From Torpedo marmorata (Eukaryota), in the NCBI GenBank assembly GCA_977017645.1, contig OZ360240.1, forward strand, positions 28,024,001 through 28,088,000: DNA of 64,000 nt, given 5' to 3'. Both the position numbers and the translations under genes were made by a program. Numbering within the stretch: the first letter of the stretch is position 1; each line of letters opens with the position of its first letter. Shown here in pieces: positions 1 to 11,312 of this stretch. Under the pieces are notes generated by a model that made no database searches, had not been told where the DNA came from, and saw only the letters and a list, made by a program, of their open reading frames with translations.

Positions 1-639
1 TTGCAAGATACATATTACGTATGCATGTACATATTAGTCCGGATTGTTCTGCAATGATTAGGCTGGTGATGTACCCCGTGAATTCACCAATGTAAAGTTA
101 TTTTGAATTTTCCTGCTTTTTGAAAGAATTCCCTGTCAGGAGCACTGGGGCAAGCCAAAGGCAATACATCCAGTGGTCACAGTACAAGCTCAGCTTCACA
201 GATTGATGGAGCTTCTTTCATCACCTTTTTGTCAGTTTTAAATGTACTCCAGAAGCTATTAGCAAGCAAGTGATAGCGTGGTGTGAACAATATGAAATAA
301 CTAAAGAAATGCAACAAACAAACCAAACCTCCTGGCGGCTAAAAAAATATTTTACCTTAATTTGTTTTTAATGTACATGCACAAGGAATGACTCTAATAA
401 TTGCAGGCGACTCTAATTAATAGCCCACATGATCTCAATTTTAAGTCCCAATGAGTGCGAACTTGCTCCCTTCCTGCATGAGCCACAGACACCCATTAAA
501 CTCATGAATGAGCACCATAAAATCCATAAATGTTTTCTGAAGATTGCCTATACTCAGTAGAGCAACTGCAATGTTGCTCTTAACATGCATTACAAGCCTA
601 CCCATTCCTACAGCTATTTTGATTACCCTTCATCCCACC

Positions 640-1388
640 CTGCCTCCTGTAAGGGGTCTATTCCATTCTCCCAGTTCCTCCACCTCTATTGTATTGCTCC
701 GATGATGAGTCTTCCATACAGGTATCGCTGAAATGCCTTTCTTTCTAAACTGTGCCTTCCCCTCTACCATTGTTAACAAAGGTCTTATTACATCTCATCC
801 ATTTCTCACAGCTTTGACCTGATCCCTTCTCCTCAAAGAACAAGGATAGAGTTCCCTTGGTCCCACCAGCCTCTGCATTCAATAGATAATTCTCTTCAAT
901 TTCTGCCGCCTTCACATTCTCATCTTCCCCTCTCCTACCCTGTCAGCATTTCACAGGGATTATTCCTTTCCTGAGTCCCTGATCCACTCTTCCATTATCA
1001 GCAAGCATGCCTCTTCTAAACAGCACTTTCCCTTGCAGGCATTCCAAAACTTGTCATTTCAACTCTTCCCTTCCCACCATTCAGGGATCCACCAAACATT
1101 TTGTCCAGGTGAAAATGAGTCGCTTACGTTTCTTCCAATCTAGTGCACTGCATTCAGTGTTCACAACGTGGTCTCTGTGCATTGGAGAAACGAAAAGCAA
1201 ACCGGGTGTCTACTTTACAGAACACCTAAGTTCAGTCTGTAGAGACGACCCTGAGCTTCCCTTTGCCTGCCACTTTAATTCCTTATCGCACACCCACTGA
1301 ACCTATTGCAGTGAGGTCCAATGGAAGCCTAAGAAACAGTACCTCATTTTCCGTCTGGCCACGTTACAGCCTTCTGGACTCAGTATTG
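640..1388 (+). mobile_element. Old, degenerate Penelope-like element 3' fragment (RT thumb, Cys linker, GIY-YIG endonuclease remnants)
   Basis: Decayed translations (IPFSQFL, LCIGETK, FTEHLSSV, FACHFNS) parallel the cleaner PLE ORF at 52850-53790; many frameshifts. Confidence 0.75.
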
Positions 1389-1915
1389 ATTGGGAGACCG
1401 CTTTGCTGAGCACCTCCTCTCCGTCCGCAACAACAGCGACCTCCCAGTAGCCAACCATTTCAATTCCGGGTCACACTCCCATACTCACATGTCTGTCCAT
1501 GGCCTCATGTACTATCCCACCCAGACTACCCGCAAATTGGAGGAACAACATCTCATATTCCGTCTGGGCACTCTCCAGCCAGATGGCATTAACATTGACT
1601 TTTCTGCTTTCCACTAAACCTGCTTGTCATTCCCTTCCCCTCCCCCCTCACCTGTCCTTCCTATTTTTCTCCAGCTACCAAGCCATCCCTCCTCCCCCTC
1701 TTTGCTGCTGTCCCCTCCCTCCTTTCTTCACCTATCATCTCCTGCCTTTGCCATCCCCCCTTCCCCCCTCACTCCTTTGTTCGGACGCCTGCCGGCATTT
1801 TCTCATACTTTGATGAAGGGCTCAAGACCGAAACATCGGTTATGTATTTCTACCTTTGCTACATAAAAGGCACTGTTTGACCTGCTGAGTTTCTCCAGCA
1901 TTTGTGTTTTTTACA
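1389..1915 (+). mobile_element. Young Penelope-like element 3' fragment with terminal repeat (subfamily A)
   Basis: ORF 1390-1617 GDRFAEHLLSVRNNSDLPVANHFNS...KLEEQHLIFRLGTLQPDGINIDF is the GIY-YIG C-terminus; nearly identical by eye to the reverse complement of ~52560-53080. Confidence 0.9.
1804..1844 (+). ncRNA. Minimal hammerhead-ribozyme-like motif in PLE terminal repeat (slightly mutated)
   Basis: catact-TTGATGA-a-gggc-tcaa-gacc-GAAAC-ATC-ggttatg. Confidence 0.6.
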
Positions 1916-2179
1916 TCCTTACCTGCTGAGTGTTTCCAGCAATTTTTCTTTTTGTTTTAGAGTTCCAGTATCTGTCGTTTTTTTTTTATTTGCAATGTTG
2001 TGCCCGTTTTGGAAGCCAAATGTTTTGAGGTTGCACTTCCTCTTTTTACATAGAAATACAAGTTAAAGATATCCAGTTGCAATCTTGGAAATTAACATGT
2101 CGATTTTACAGAAATGGTGAGGGTATTTATGGAGGGTTATTTTCAGCCTTGATTATTGGAGCTTGATTCTTTGTTGGTA

Positions 2180-2515
2180 CAAGGGTAACGTGGTTAAGTT
2201 ACCAGATAGTAATGTAGATGCTTGGATTATTGATCCAAAGGCAGTTTATATACCACCATGGCATTTGGCAAATTTAAATTCAAGTAATTCCGTTCATTTG
2301 GAATGAAGAACTAGTCTTAATAATGGAGATTGTAAAACGATTGGATGATTACAAAGACTCATCCAGTTAGTAATTCAAGGAAATCTTCCATCTTTACTCA
2401 GCCTTGGTTTTGTGTGACCCAAAACCTGCCAATGTGGTTGGCTTAGCTACCTCTGAAATGCCATGCAGACCAATTAGTTTGAGGGTTAACCATTGACATC
2501 CACATCCTGTGAAAA
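2180..2515 (+). mobile_element. Ancient SINE relic with LF-SINE-like 3' half
   Basis: ggaaatcttccatctttactcagccttgg...gtgtgacccaaaacc...aatgtggttggctt...cctctgaaatg...acatccacatcctgtgaa resembles my recollection of the LF-SINE 3' consensus; heavily diverged. Confidence 0.5.
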
Positions 2516-2807
2516 AATCTGCCCTAGCTTGTTATCGTGACATAGAATTACATTCAGTTTAACACTTTGCACAGCTTTTTGCTATGCTTGTGCTCCACAC
2601 AAGTCACCCGCCACCTAACCCAATTGAAGTCAAAAGTAAAGCAGTGGAAAGAAAGAACTGGAACCTTTCAATGGATAATGAGGCATGGCTTCACATTTAT
2701 TTATCTCTTCTGGGGAGAGGGGAAACACGTCTGTCCAAGCTTCCTGATGGTCCCAGAAAAATATTCATGGAAGAATCTGCAAATATCTCGCTGAAATCTC
2801 GCTGGAA

Positions 2808-3205
2808 TTTAGAAGAATGAGAGGTGATCTTATAGAAACATATAAAATTATGGAAGGCATAGGTAAGATAGAGGTAGGTAAGTTGTTTACATTGGTGGGG
2901 GAGACTAGAACCAGGGGACATAGCCTCAAGATTCAGGGTAGTAAATTTAGGACAGAGATGAGGAGATTCCCAGAGGGTGGTGAATCTGTTGAATTCGCTG
3001 CCCATTGAAGCAGTGGAGGCTACCTCAGTAAATATACTTAAGACAGGGTTGGATAGATTTCTACATGGTAAGGGAATTAAGGGATATGGGGAAAAGGCAG
3101 GTAGGTGGAGATGAGCCTATCATCAGATCAGCCATGATCTTATTGAATGGTGGAGCAGGCTCGACGGGCCGGATGGCCGACTCCTGCTCCTATTCCTTAT
3201 GTACT
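2808..3205 (+). mobile_element. CR1-like LINE 3' end (ORF2 C-terminus plus 3' UTR)
   Basis: RMRGDLIETYKIM...TRTRGHSLKI is the typical CR1 ORF2 tail; ends gatggccgactcctgctcctattccttatg. Confidence 0.85.
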
Positions 3206-4539
3206 TAAAATGTTGGAAAGCACTTTACGCATTTTGTTGTTAAGTGGCAATTATGTTTGCTGGTTATTGTTTCTTTCAAGCCATAGACACCCTTTTCCAA
3301 TTTTGCAATTATAGTCAATTTCCCTGCTGAGAGGTCCCTAGTGTAATTACATTTCAGTTCAAGGAATAGCAGCATTCAAACCAGAATGGCGAATGTCGTT
3401 TACTTTAATGGGAGAAGAATAGTGAGAATTGAGCAACTTGACAGGAAAGTCAAGTCCTTGAATTTCAAGGACCCAACTGTGAGTTACTTCATTGCAACAA
3501 TACCCATCTTTATGAAAATTTTAGGCCAATAAATAATATACATATTGCACACAAATGATATTGTTCATCTTATATAGCTGGAAGATTTTGTTCATATTGC
3601 TGATAACATACGTACACAGATGGATATTATATGAAAACTTGAGTAATTAATTAATTTTTCTATCCCTCAATAGATTATTTACATGTGAATGTGCAGTTTT
3701 TATTTCTACTTATAGTGAAAATCACATCTGACAATATATTGAATATTTTAATGCAGAAATCTAATTTTAAATATCCTATGTAGCAAAGTCCATTAAATGA
3801 ATTATAGAAAGCATCCAGATTGCTCAATAGTGTATGCTTTTAAATATGCCAGAAAGATAAACAAAATTTATGATGCAAAATACCTTTTGCATGTGTAGTC
3901 CATTTTCTTGAGCATGTTGATATCAGAATTTACAGTTTTATCTCATATTTTTACATCGTTCTCCAGGAACATAGTGGGAAGCTAGACCATTTAGCTCCTC
4001 AAGCATGTTCCAACATTCAATGAAATAATTTCTCATCTCATACCTGACTCCACGAGACCAGTATTTCCCCATATCTTTAATACTTCAACTAAAACCTATC
4101 AATCTCAAATAAAAAATTAACTAATGACCCAACAAAAACTACCATTTGTCAAGGGGAGCTCCAAATTTATACCATGCTCTGGTTTTTAGTTTCTTAATTT
4201 CCTGCCAGAGTCCCCTGGCTCTATTGTACAGACTCGGCTCCAAACAATAAAAATAGCTTCTCTCGACCTACCCTTTTATATCTTGTAAATTTCAAGCACG
4301 AAACACTATAATCTTTTAAATGCCAGAAGCACACCCCTGGGTTGTGTATTCTCTTCCTTTAATTTAACCCTTGGAGTCCAGGCTTCAAGTCCACTGCACT
4401 CCATCGTAAGGTGTGATCTTCCCAGTGGGGGACACACAGAAATCTGACCTGTTGAAGAATAACTATTACCACATTGCTCCTCAGATATAGATACAAACAT
4501 TGTGAAAAAAACTGATTATTTTCTAGCCTCCCACTGAAA

Positions 4540-4720
4540 TCCACCTATAATCTCCTGTTAGTCTGCCCCTTCCTCCCTCCCTCCTTCCCCTGCCTTTTTA
4601 TTCAGGTGCCTGCCTGCTTTTTGACTTTGATGAGGTGCTCAGGTCCGAAACATTGGTTACTCTTTACTTCCTATGGATGCTGCGTGACCTGCTGAGTTTC
4701 TCCAGCACTTTTGTGTACTG
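4540..4720 (+). mobile_element. Solo, degenerate PLE terminal repeat with hammerhead-like core
   Basis: C-rich tract, then tttgatgaggtgctcaggtccgaaacattggtt and gacctgctgagtttctccagca, shared with the other PLE ends. Confidence 0.7.
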
Positions 4721-6169
4721 CACTGATTATTGTCCGTGTCTGCTCAAGACAATTTCATGATCTATTTAAATAAGCTCTAAGATCTCTTTGAACACCATTG
4801 CTTCAACCTAATCACCTTTTAGAAAATACTCCAGTCAATCCTCTTTAGCTCCAAAGTGGATGCTCTCATACTCTTCAATCTATTTCCCATTCTCATGCAA
4901 CCAATTTAAATTTGTTTTCAACGTCTGCGTCCATTTATACTGCTACCAATCTATGTATCAAAACCAAGCTTGGTCCTTTATCTTGTAAACTAAACTGTTC
5001 CAAACAAAAACAATAAACAAAATTTACAGTTCAAACAAAAGCTCATTATGGTTATTAATTTAGATTCATCCCCTTCTGTTGTAGTCAAATTCAAACTTTA
5101 ACATTTACTGCAAAAGCAAATTATATTCACAGTGTTTGTTTTACTTTCTTCTGTGCATTGATGCTTGTTTGAACAAATGAGCCTGGATGAGATTTTACTT
5201 ATTGGTTATCTGATACTAATCTTGAGGAGCTTCCTTTTTGGTGAAGATGTAAGTGATCTGCACTTATTTAAATGCATCCATCTTGGACCTAAAGAGGATA
5301 GACTGGAGTATTTTCTAAAAGATGATTAGGTTGAAGCAATGGGGTTCAAAGAGATCTTAGAACTCATTGAAATAGCCTTGCCAGAATTACCAAAATCAAT
5401 CTCTCGACACGCTGCTCTCACTGCTGTCTCTCCCAAACACTTCTTTTGCCAAACATGATCCAGTTTCCTGCTAAATTTGGCTCCATGACGATCCACTATT
5501 TATGGTATCAAGTGTTTAAATCTAGACAAACTGCTCGCTTTTTCTTTTCTTGATTTTGCATATTTGCAAATCAAAGCTTTTATTTCTTGTTTTCCTCGGG
5601 AAACGGTGATTTTATGGGAAAGCCACTCCCTGTGCGTATCTGCCTCTTGAAAGCTGCAGAGGGTGAGCAGAGATGGTTTCTGCCATGCTAATGTGAGCAA
5701 GAGGAAGTGTTTGATTGTGCTGGGCCAACATCACAGCCATTTGGTATTGTCTCTTCTCAGTGTTTGGAGACCGGTGTGAAATACAGGCCTTTGGGGAGAT
5801 TCATTTTACAAGACAAATTCTTTATCTTTTGGTAACACAAAGACAGAGGAACTTCAGACTCTCAGGAATTTTTTTGGCAACAGTATGAAGGTTTTGATAT
5901 CAGGAAATAAGTCACTGTTGCATTGTGACCATGTTTGTGCTATAAATATCAAAAAAGATATATTAAATTGATATTTTGGATCACGTCCTATTGAGAACTG
6001 TGCTGCAATCTTTTTTTACATGAATACTATCCCAAAAGCCTCAGTTGTAAACCAGCTTTATTTTAAAAGGACAGTATTATTCTGGTTATCCAGTATATCC
6101 AGTATTTTAGCATATCTGGTGAGTTCTGACCAGTGTTTTGTGCAAAGGAGATGGAAACTATTCGTCTGA

Positions 6170-7099
6170 AGTAAAAAGGAAGTAAAATACGAAAGTCTGC
6201 AGACACCGTGGTTGAAGTATAAGCACAATGCTGGAGAAACTCAGCAGGTAAAACAGTGTACCTTATATAGCAAAGATAAAGATACATAACCAACGTTTCG
6301 GGCTTGAGCCCTTCATCAAGGTATGGACAAAATGTGGGCAGGCGCCCGAACAAAATGGTGGGGGCAGGGAGGGGCAGGGGGAGGAGCACAGTCCCACAGG
6401 CAAAAGGTAATAGGTGGATAAGGGAGGGAGCGCACACCAGCAAACAAGGAGAAGGGGGATGGCTCTTGAATGGAGAGGGAAGGGTGTGGAGAGCTGGAGG
6501 AAAGAAGACAGAGAGATGGAGATCATCGGGGAGTAGGCCAGCAGAAACCGGAGAAGTCGGCGTTAATGCCATCCAGCTGGAGAGTGCTGAGATGAACATT
6601 AGGTGTTGCTCCTCCAATTTACGGGTGGTCTTGGTTTGACAGTACATGAGGCCATGGACAGATATGTCATCATGGGAGTGGGGCACAGAATTGAAATGGT
6701 TGGCCACTGGGAGATCCCTGTCACTGATGCGGGCAGAGCGAAGGTGCTCAGCGAAGCGATCTCCCAGTTTTCGTCCAGTCTCTCCGATGTAGAGAAGGCC
6801 ACAACAGGAGCACCAGATGCAGTAGATGACTCCCGCGGATACACAAGTGAAGTGTTGCTTCACTTGAAAGGACTGTTTAGGGCCCCAAATGGTGGTGATG
6901 GAGGAGGTGTGAGCGCAAGTGTAGCACTTCCTGTGGCTGCAGGCGAAGGTGCCAAGGTGGGGGATTGGTGGGGAGGGATGAGTGGATGAGGGAGTCTTGG
7001 AGGGAGCGGTCCCTTCGGAAGGTGGAGAGGGGAAGATGTGTCTAGTGTTGGAATCATGTTGTAGGTGGCAGAAATTACAGAGGATAATGTGTTAATAAT
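6170..7099 (-). mobile_element. Penelope-like element 3' fragment (Cys linker, GIY-YIG, terminal repeat; subfamily B)
   Basis: ORF 6063-6863 GVIYCIWCSCCGLLYIGETGRKLGDRFAEHL...VANHFNS; flanked by an imperfect 15-bp direct repeat aaactatt(c/a)gtctga (6155-6169 and 7100-7114). Confidence 0.92.
6285..6325 (-). ncRNA. Minimal hammerhead-ribozyme-like motif (most intact GUU-type copy)
   Basis: Minus strand reads CAUACC-UUGAUGA-A-GGGC-UCAA-GCCC-GAAAC-GUU-GGUUAUG: core boxes, perfect 4-bp helix II, and helix I with one bulge. Confidence 0.7.
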
Positions 7100-7696
7100 A
7101 AACTATTAGTCTGAGGAAGGTTATCGAAACTAATCAATCCATTCATTAAAAAGCTGCATTTTAATACACTTTACACAACCTTGGAGTATCCCTAAGTGCT
7201 TCAAGGAAAACACAACACTGTTCATTTCAGGTCAGAGAGAGAAATTAGCTCTCTGCTTAACCGGTGATTTGACCTTTTTTTGCATCCCATCCCCTTGTGT
7301 GCTTTTTCCTGTGTTTTTTGTTTCAAGGTAACTTCATTATAAACAACAAACAGACAAAAAAGCAGAAATAAAATTTAAATTAACATGTTCTCTCTGACAT
7401 CTTTAATGTACTCCAGCCCCCCTACCCAGTCACAAAAACCCTCAGACACGGTAAATAGCAGGGCCCTGGAGAGTGTTGGTAGAATAGAGATCTACCAGAG
7501 TACAGGTACATAATTCCCTGAAAGTGACGAAACAGGTAGAAAGAATGGCGAAGAAGATGTTTGGCACGCTTGCCTTCATCAGTCAGGGCACGGAGTAAAA
7601 GAGTTGGGACGTCATGTTACAACTGTACAAGACATTAGTGAGTCTACACTTGGAGAAACTGTCCAGTTCTGGGTGCCTAGCTGTATGTCAAGTCAC

Positions 7697-7790
7697 GATG
7701 AAGGGCTCAAGCCCGAAACGTTGGTTATGTATCTTTATCTTTGCTACACTGTTTGACCTGCTGAGTTTCTCCAGCATTGTGTTTTTACTG
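7697..7790 (+). mobile_element. Solo PLE terminal-repeat fragment beginning inside the hammerhead core
   Basis: gatgaagggctcaagcccgaaacgttggttatgtatctttatc...gacctgctgagtttctccagcattgtgtttttact. Confidence 0.85.
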
Positions 7791-8050
7791 TAAGTCAAGT
7801 CAAGTCAAGTTTATTGTCATCTTGATTGTACAAGTACAACACGACGAAACAGCGTTCTCCAATCCTCGGAGCAAAACACACACACACACACACACATACA
7901 ACCAGACATAACACACATGCAGACAAACAACACATATGCAGGACAAGTATTTCATCTATACAAATAAATAAATAAATATTGCTTTATGAATATGAGAGTC
8001 TCGGATGGTTAGTGTGAGCAGTTCCTTTGGTTGTTCAGCATTCTCACTGG
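7791..8050 (-). mobile_element. LINE 3' tail, probably Rex1/Babar-like, with (gactt)n tail and a (CA)n microsatellite
   Basis: Reverse complement ends gacaataaacttgacttgacttgactt, the same AATAAA plus short-tandem tail architecture as the Rex1-like copies at 16.7 and 47.8 kb. Confidence 0.55.
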
Positions 8051-8839
8051 TAAGAAGGATTAATTAAGCTGGAAAGGGTGCAGAAAAGATTCACGAGTGT
8101 CACTGGGACTGGCTTTATAAACAGACAATAGATAGGCTGGGGCTTTTATCCCTGGAGCAGAGAAGGCAAAGAGTGCCATATAGAGGTATATAAAATCATA
8201 AGGGCATTGATGAGTGAATGGTTACAGACTTTTACCCAGGTTGGTGGAGTGTAAACCCAGAGGGCATCGGTTTAAGGTGAGAGGGTAAATATTTAAAGGG
8301 GGCTTAAGGGAAACTCTTTTCCAGAGAAGCTGGTGGGTATGGTGAATTGGGCTGAAGGGCCTGTTCCTGTACTGTATAACTCTATGATTAGCCTGGGCTC
8401 CTGGCCAGTATTTAATACTCACCAACATGACTGAAACAGATAATCTGGTCATGATCACATTGTTGCTTGTGGGAGTTTACTGTAGGTAAAATGACTGGCA
8501 GGTTACCAGCCACCACGTCAGTGAATGACATATCCTGGGTATGGGTCGTCTTCTGGATCTTTGTGACAAAAGTAAAAATCGGAACCAAATGATGGTACCA
8601 CAATAATGAGGCCAACATTTGGCTTCTGGCCACTGCTTGGCTTATATAGTAATGGATTTGAAGTAGTCCCTGCTTTATAATAGAAGGATTGCACTTAGCC
8701 AGAAATGTCTCAGAGCAAATGATTCAATTTAAAGTGGAGAAATTTCCCAAACCAGGCAGGCTATTTGTATGTATTGAAGTTTGACTACTGTCTATGAAAT
8801 AAATGACAATTTTTTTTTTTTAGGTTTCATTGAGGGATA

Positions 8840-9121
8840 CAGTAAAAGTCCGAAAATCCAGATGCCAGAAAACCGGACCACCCGAGAATCCGGACTTCTC
8901 AAAAATTCTCGGCCTTTGGTGGAAATGTAAGAAAAATATATTTATCTGTTTTTTTGTACTTTGTATATTATATGAAAAAATGTTTCTCTAATTAACTATC
9001 AAAATTTACCTGTTTATTCTCCTTACATTTGAATTTTAAAAGTACTGCCCGAGAATCCGGAAAATCCAAAAATCTGGACTGACCCAATCCCTGAGCAATC
9101 CGGATTTTAGGACTTTTACTG
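8840..9121. mobile_element. pogo/Tigger-type MITE, family 1
   Basis: TIRs cagtaaaagtcc...ggacttttactg flanked by TA on both sides. Confidence 0.85.
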
Positions 9122-9159
9122 TAAATATTTGCCAGACAGCTTTTTTGTTCATCCTTGAG

Positions 9160-9340
9160 TTCACCTTTGGGTTAACAGAGGTGGCCACTTGACATCTCTG
9201 TACTGGCATTCCTGACACTGCAGCTCTCCTCGGTACTGCACTGAAATTGCTGCCTCAATAGGTGCTCAGTGTATAGAAATAGGGTTGAAATTCATGACTT
9301 TCTGGCTCAGAGATGAGAGAATTACCACTAAGCCAAGAGA
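9160..9340 (-). mobile_element. Degenerate DeuSINE/SacSINE1-like relic
   Basis: Reverse complement cttggcttagtggtaattctctcatctctgagccagaaagtcatgaatttcaacc...cagtgcagtaccgaggagagctgcagtgtcagga resembles a tRNA-like head followed by the body of Deu-type SINEs. Confidence 0.55.
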
Positions 9341-10445
9341 AACACCTGAAGATTTTGAGTAATAGCCTAATCATGTTAGTTTAGATCCTATGTCCAGCCA
9401 AAACAGAATACTTGGTTAGAAGCTGCGTTCCATTATAATGACCAGAACGGCACTAATATAACGTGGAACAAACCACAACATTTCACTAATTAGTTCCTGC
9501 TGATCCACAAATTATGAATTATGTGCACCCTTGTACTTCCACCTTCATGCTTCAAGTTCAAGTTAGTGTGAAACCAAAAGACAAAATCTTTGAATTTCAG
9601 AATTTTGGCACTCCCTCCATTGGTAATTCATTCTACCTTTCCTCAATTTCTCATCAAAGTCCTCCTTTCGTCTCCTTGAAGGTGTTGATAACTTGGAGGA
9701 GTCATGCAAACACTGAATGCCACCCAGGAACTCATCCCCAGCCTGTTATCTATGCCAAACAAACACAATCCTGACCACATTTCTACCGTCACAGCATCTG
9801 ATTTTTCTCTTGTCCTAATCCAGACAAATTCGAGACCAGTGATCTACCCCTGCCACCATCCTGTCTTAAGATTCCATGACCTACCACTTACCACAGAATA
9901 AAGAGCTCCAGCATGTAACTTCACTGAGCCACTGTCTACATTCTCAGGGGATCTTAAAGATCCTTTACACAAGAAGCACAAAGGGTTCCACCGGCAACAT
10001 TCCTCTCTTAACAAGCCAACTAAAATCAGTCCATCCAACCATTCATTGTTTATGGAAACTCAGTTCTGAGTGAACTGATGATTAGATTAGTGAAGATGCA
10101 ACTCAAAATTAATTCACTGGTTACAATCTTCTTGGAATGTCTTAAGTATATTCAGTGGTGTGAGATTAAATTTAACTCGTTTGTTCTCTTGATGTTCCTG
10201 CACTGTCTGACTACTCACCAGGTAAGCTTACTGAACAATTAAAGTTTACATTGTGATGTTCAAGATCATCACCTATTGCCATCATCCAAATTCTTCCCAC
10301 TAAATAGCACTTTTTTTTCTCCTGGGGAAAGGTTTCTAATCAAAAGAGCAAGCAATGTAAAATATTAATTAGAAGGAAAAAGGAATAATGTTGTACTGGC
10401 AAGAGTATAGAAGTAGAGTGGAGATGTGCAAGTTCAGAAAATTAC

Positions 10446-11312
10446 CTTGACCAGAGTCATGATAGTTCTGCTGCTGCTGTTCAAGTTCAGCTAATTCACT
10501 CAGCAAGGCTATCCCATGCATCCCTGAGCAGGGGTAAAAGGTCGATGTTGCGGGCCGTGAAGTTTCTATGGGGGCACTGGGAAACTCAGGCTCTAAAACG
10601 AGGAGCTCTCCCATACTGAGGCCAGCTGCCACCAGGGCATTCATTCCTGCAATGCAGTCCACCCGCCACTTGAGTATTTCATCCCTCTCTGAGGCATCTT
10701 GGCCAATTTCAGAATCTTCACCCTGATTGACTTGTGTGGCTTCCTTATCAGTATTGCATTCTTGCTTCAAATCAGTCTCAGGTACTAAACTCAAGTGATC
10801 AGAGTTTCTTACATCCAGTGTTTTGTTGGTTAAGGTCTTGGGCTCACTGGTTGAGTGAGGTGACTCATTTTCTGAAATTTCTTGTCTGCATTCTTCTCCT
10901 TCAAGTCTTCCATCAGTGTCGTTTCCCTGAGAAGCAATCAAATGCCTTAAGCACTCCATGTTTTCATTCATAGATGGCTCAAGTTGCTCCACAGTTAAAT
11001 TCTCTGCTGGCAAAGCATTTACTGTCTCCTTTTCCTCTGAGCTGCGGAGAAGGCTGTGTTCATTTTGCTCGACAATGTCCAGGTCGTTGGCTGTGATCTG
11101 TTGTTCGCTGAGGCTTGTCTCCTCTGCCAGGATTGAGTGAGTATCACAGTGAATTTTCGCACCAGGCGTAACGGTTCTGGACTGCTCTGGTTCGGCGGCT
11201 GTGGGGACGGGTTGCATAGTTTCAGCATCTGCAGGATCGGCAGAGTGTGCAAGAGGAGTCGGGGAGCGATAGCCCATGGTGACTGCTGTGTACGAGTAGC
11301 CAGGTGGAAGCT
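10446..11312 (-). CDS. BAHCC1: BAHCC1 coding exon (8th in window, 867 nt, phase 1/1)
   Basis: Acceptor ctcttttccAG at 11313-11314, donor GTaatt at 10444-10445; ELPPGY...DPADAETMQ and AGMNALVAAG...HGIALLSELAELE match recalled human BAHCC1 motifs (DLPPGY, EDPETMQ, AGMNALAAAA, HGITLLSEIAELE). Confidence 0.92.

Larger units (their letters stand above)
7450..8385 (+). mobile_element. CR1-like LINE ORF2 3' fragment, interrupted at ~7685-8050
   Basis: gtcatgttacaactgtacaagacattagtgag...ccagttctgg, resuming at ctggaaagggtgcagaaaagattcacg (LERVQKRFT); tail gggctgaagggcctgttcctgtactgta. Confidence 0.8.

Noticed and set aside
5500-5700. Minus-strand ORF as the next BAHCC1 exon
   Set aside because: No resemblance to the expected downstream sequence (human ...PSLESLLAAGSHML...KKYSW); that exon probably lies beyond position 1
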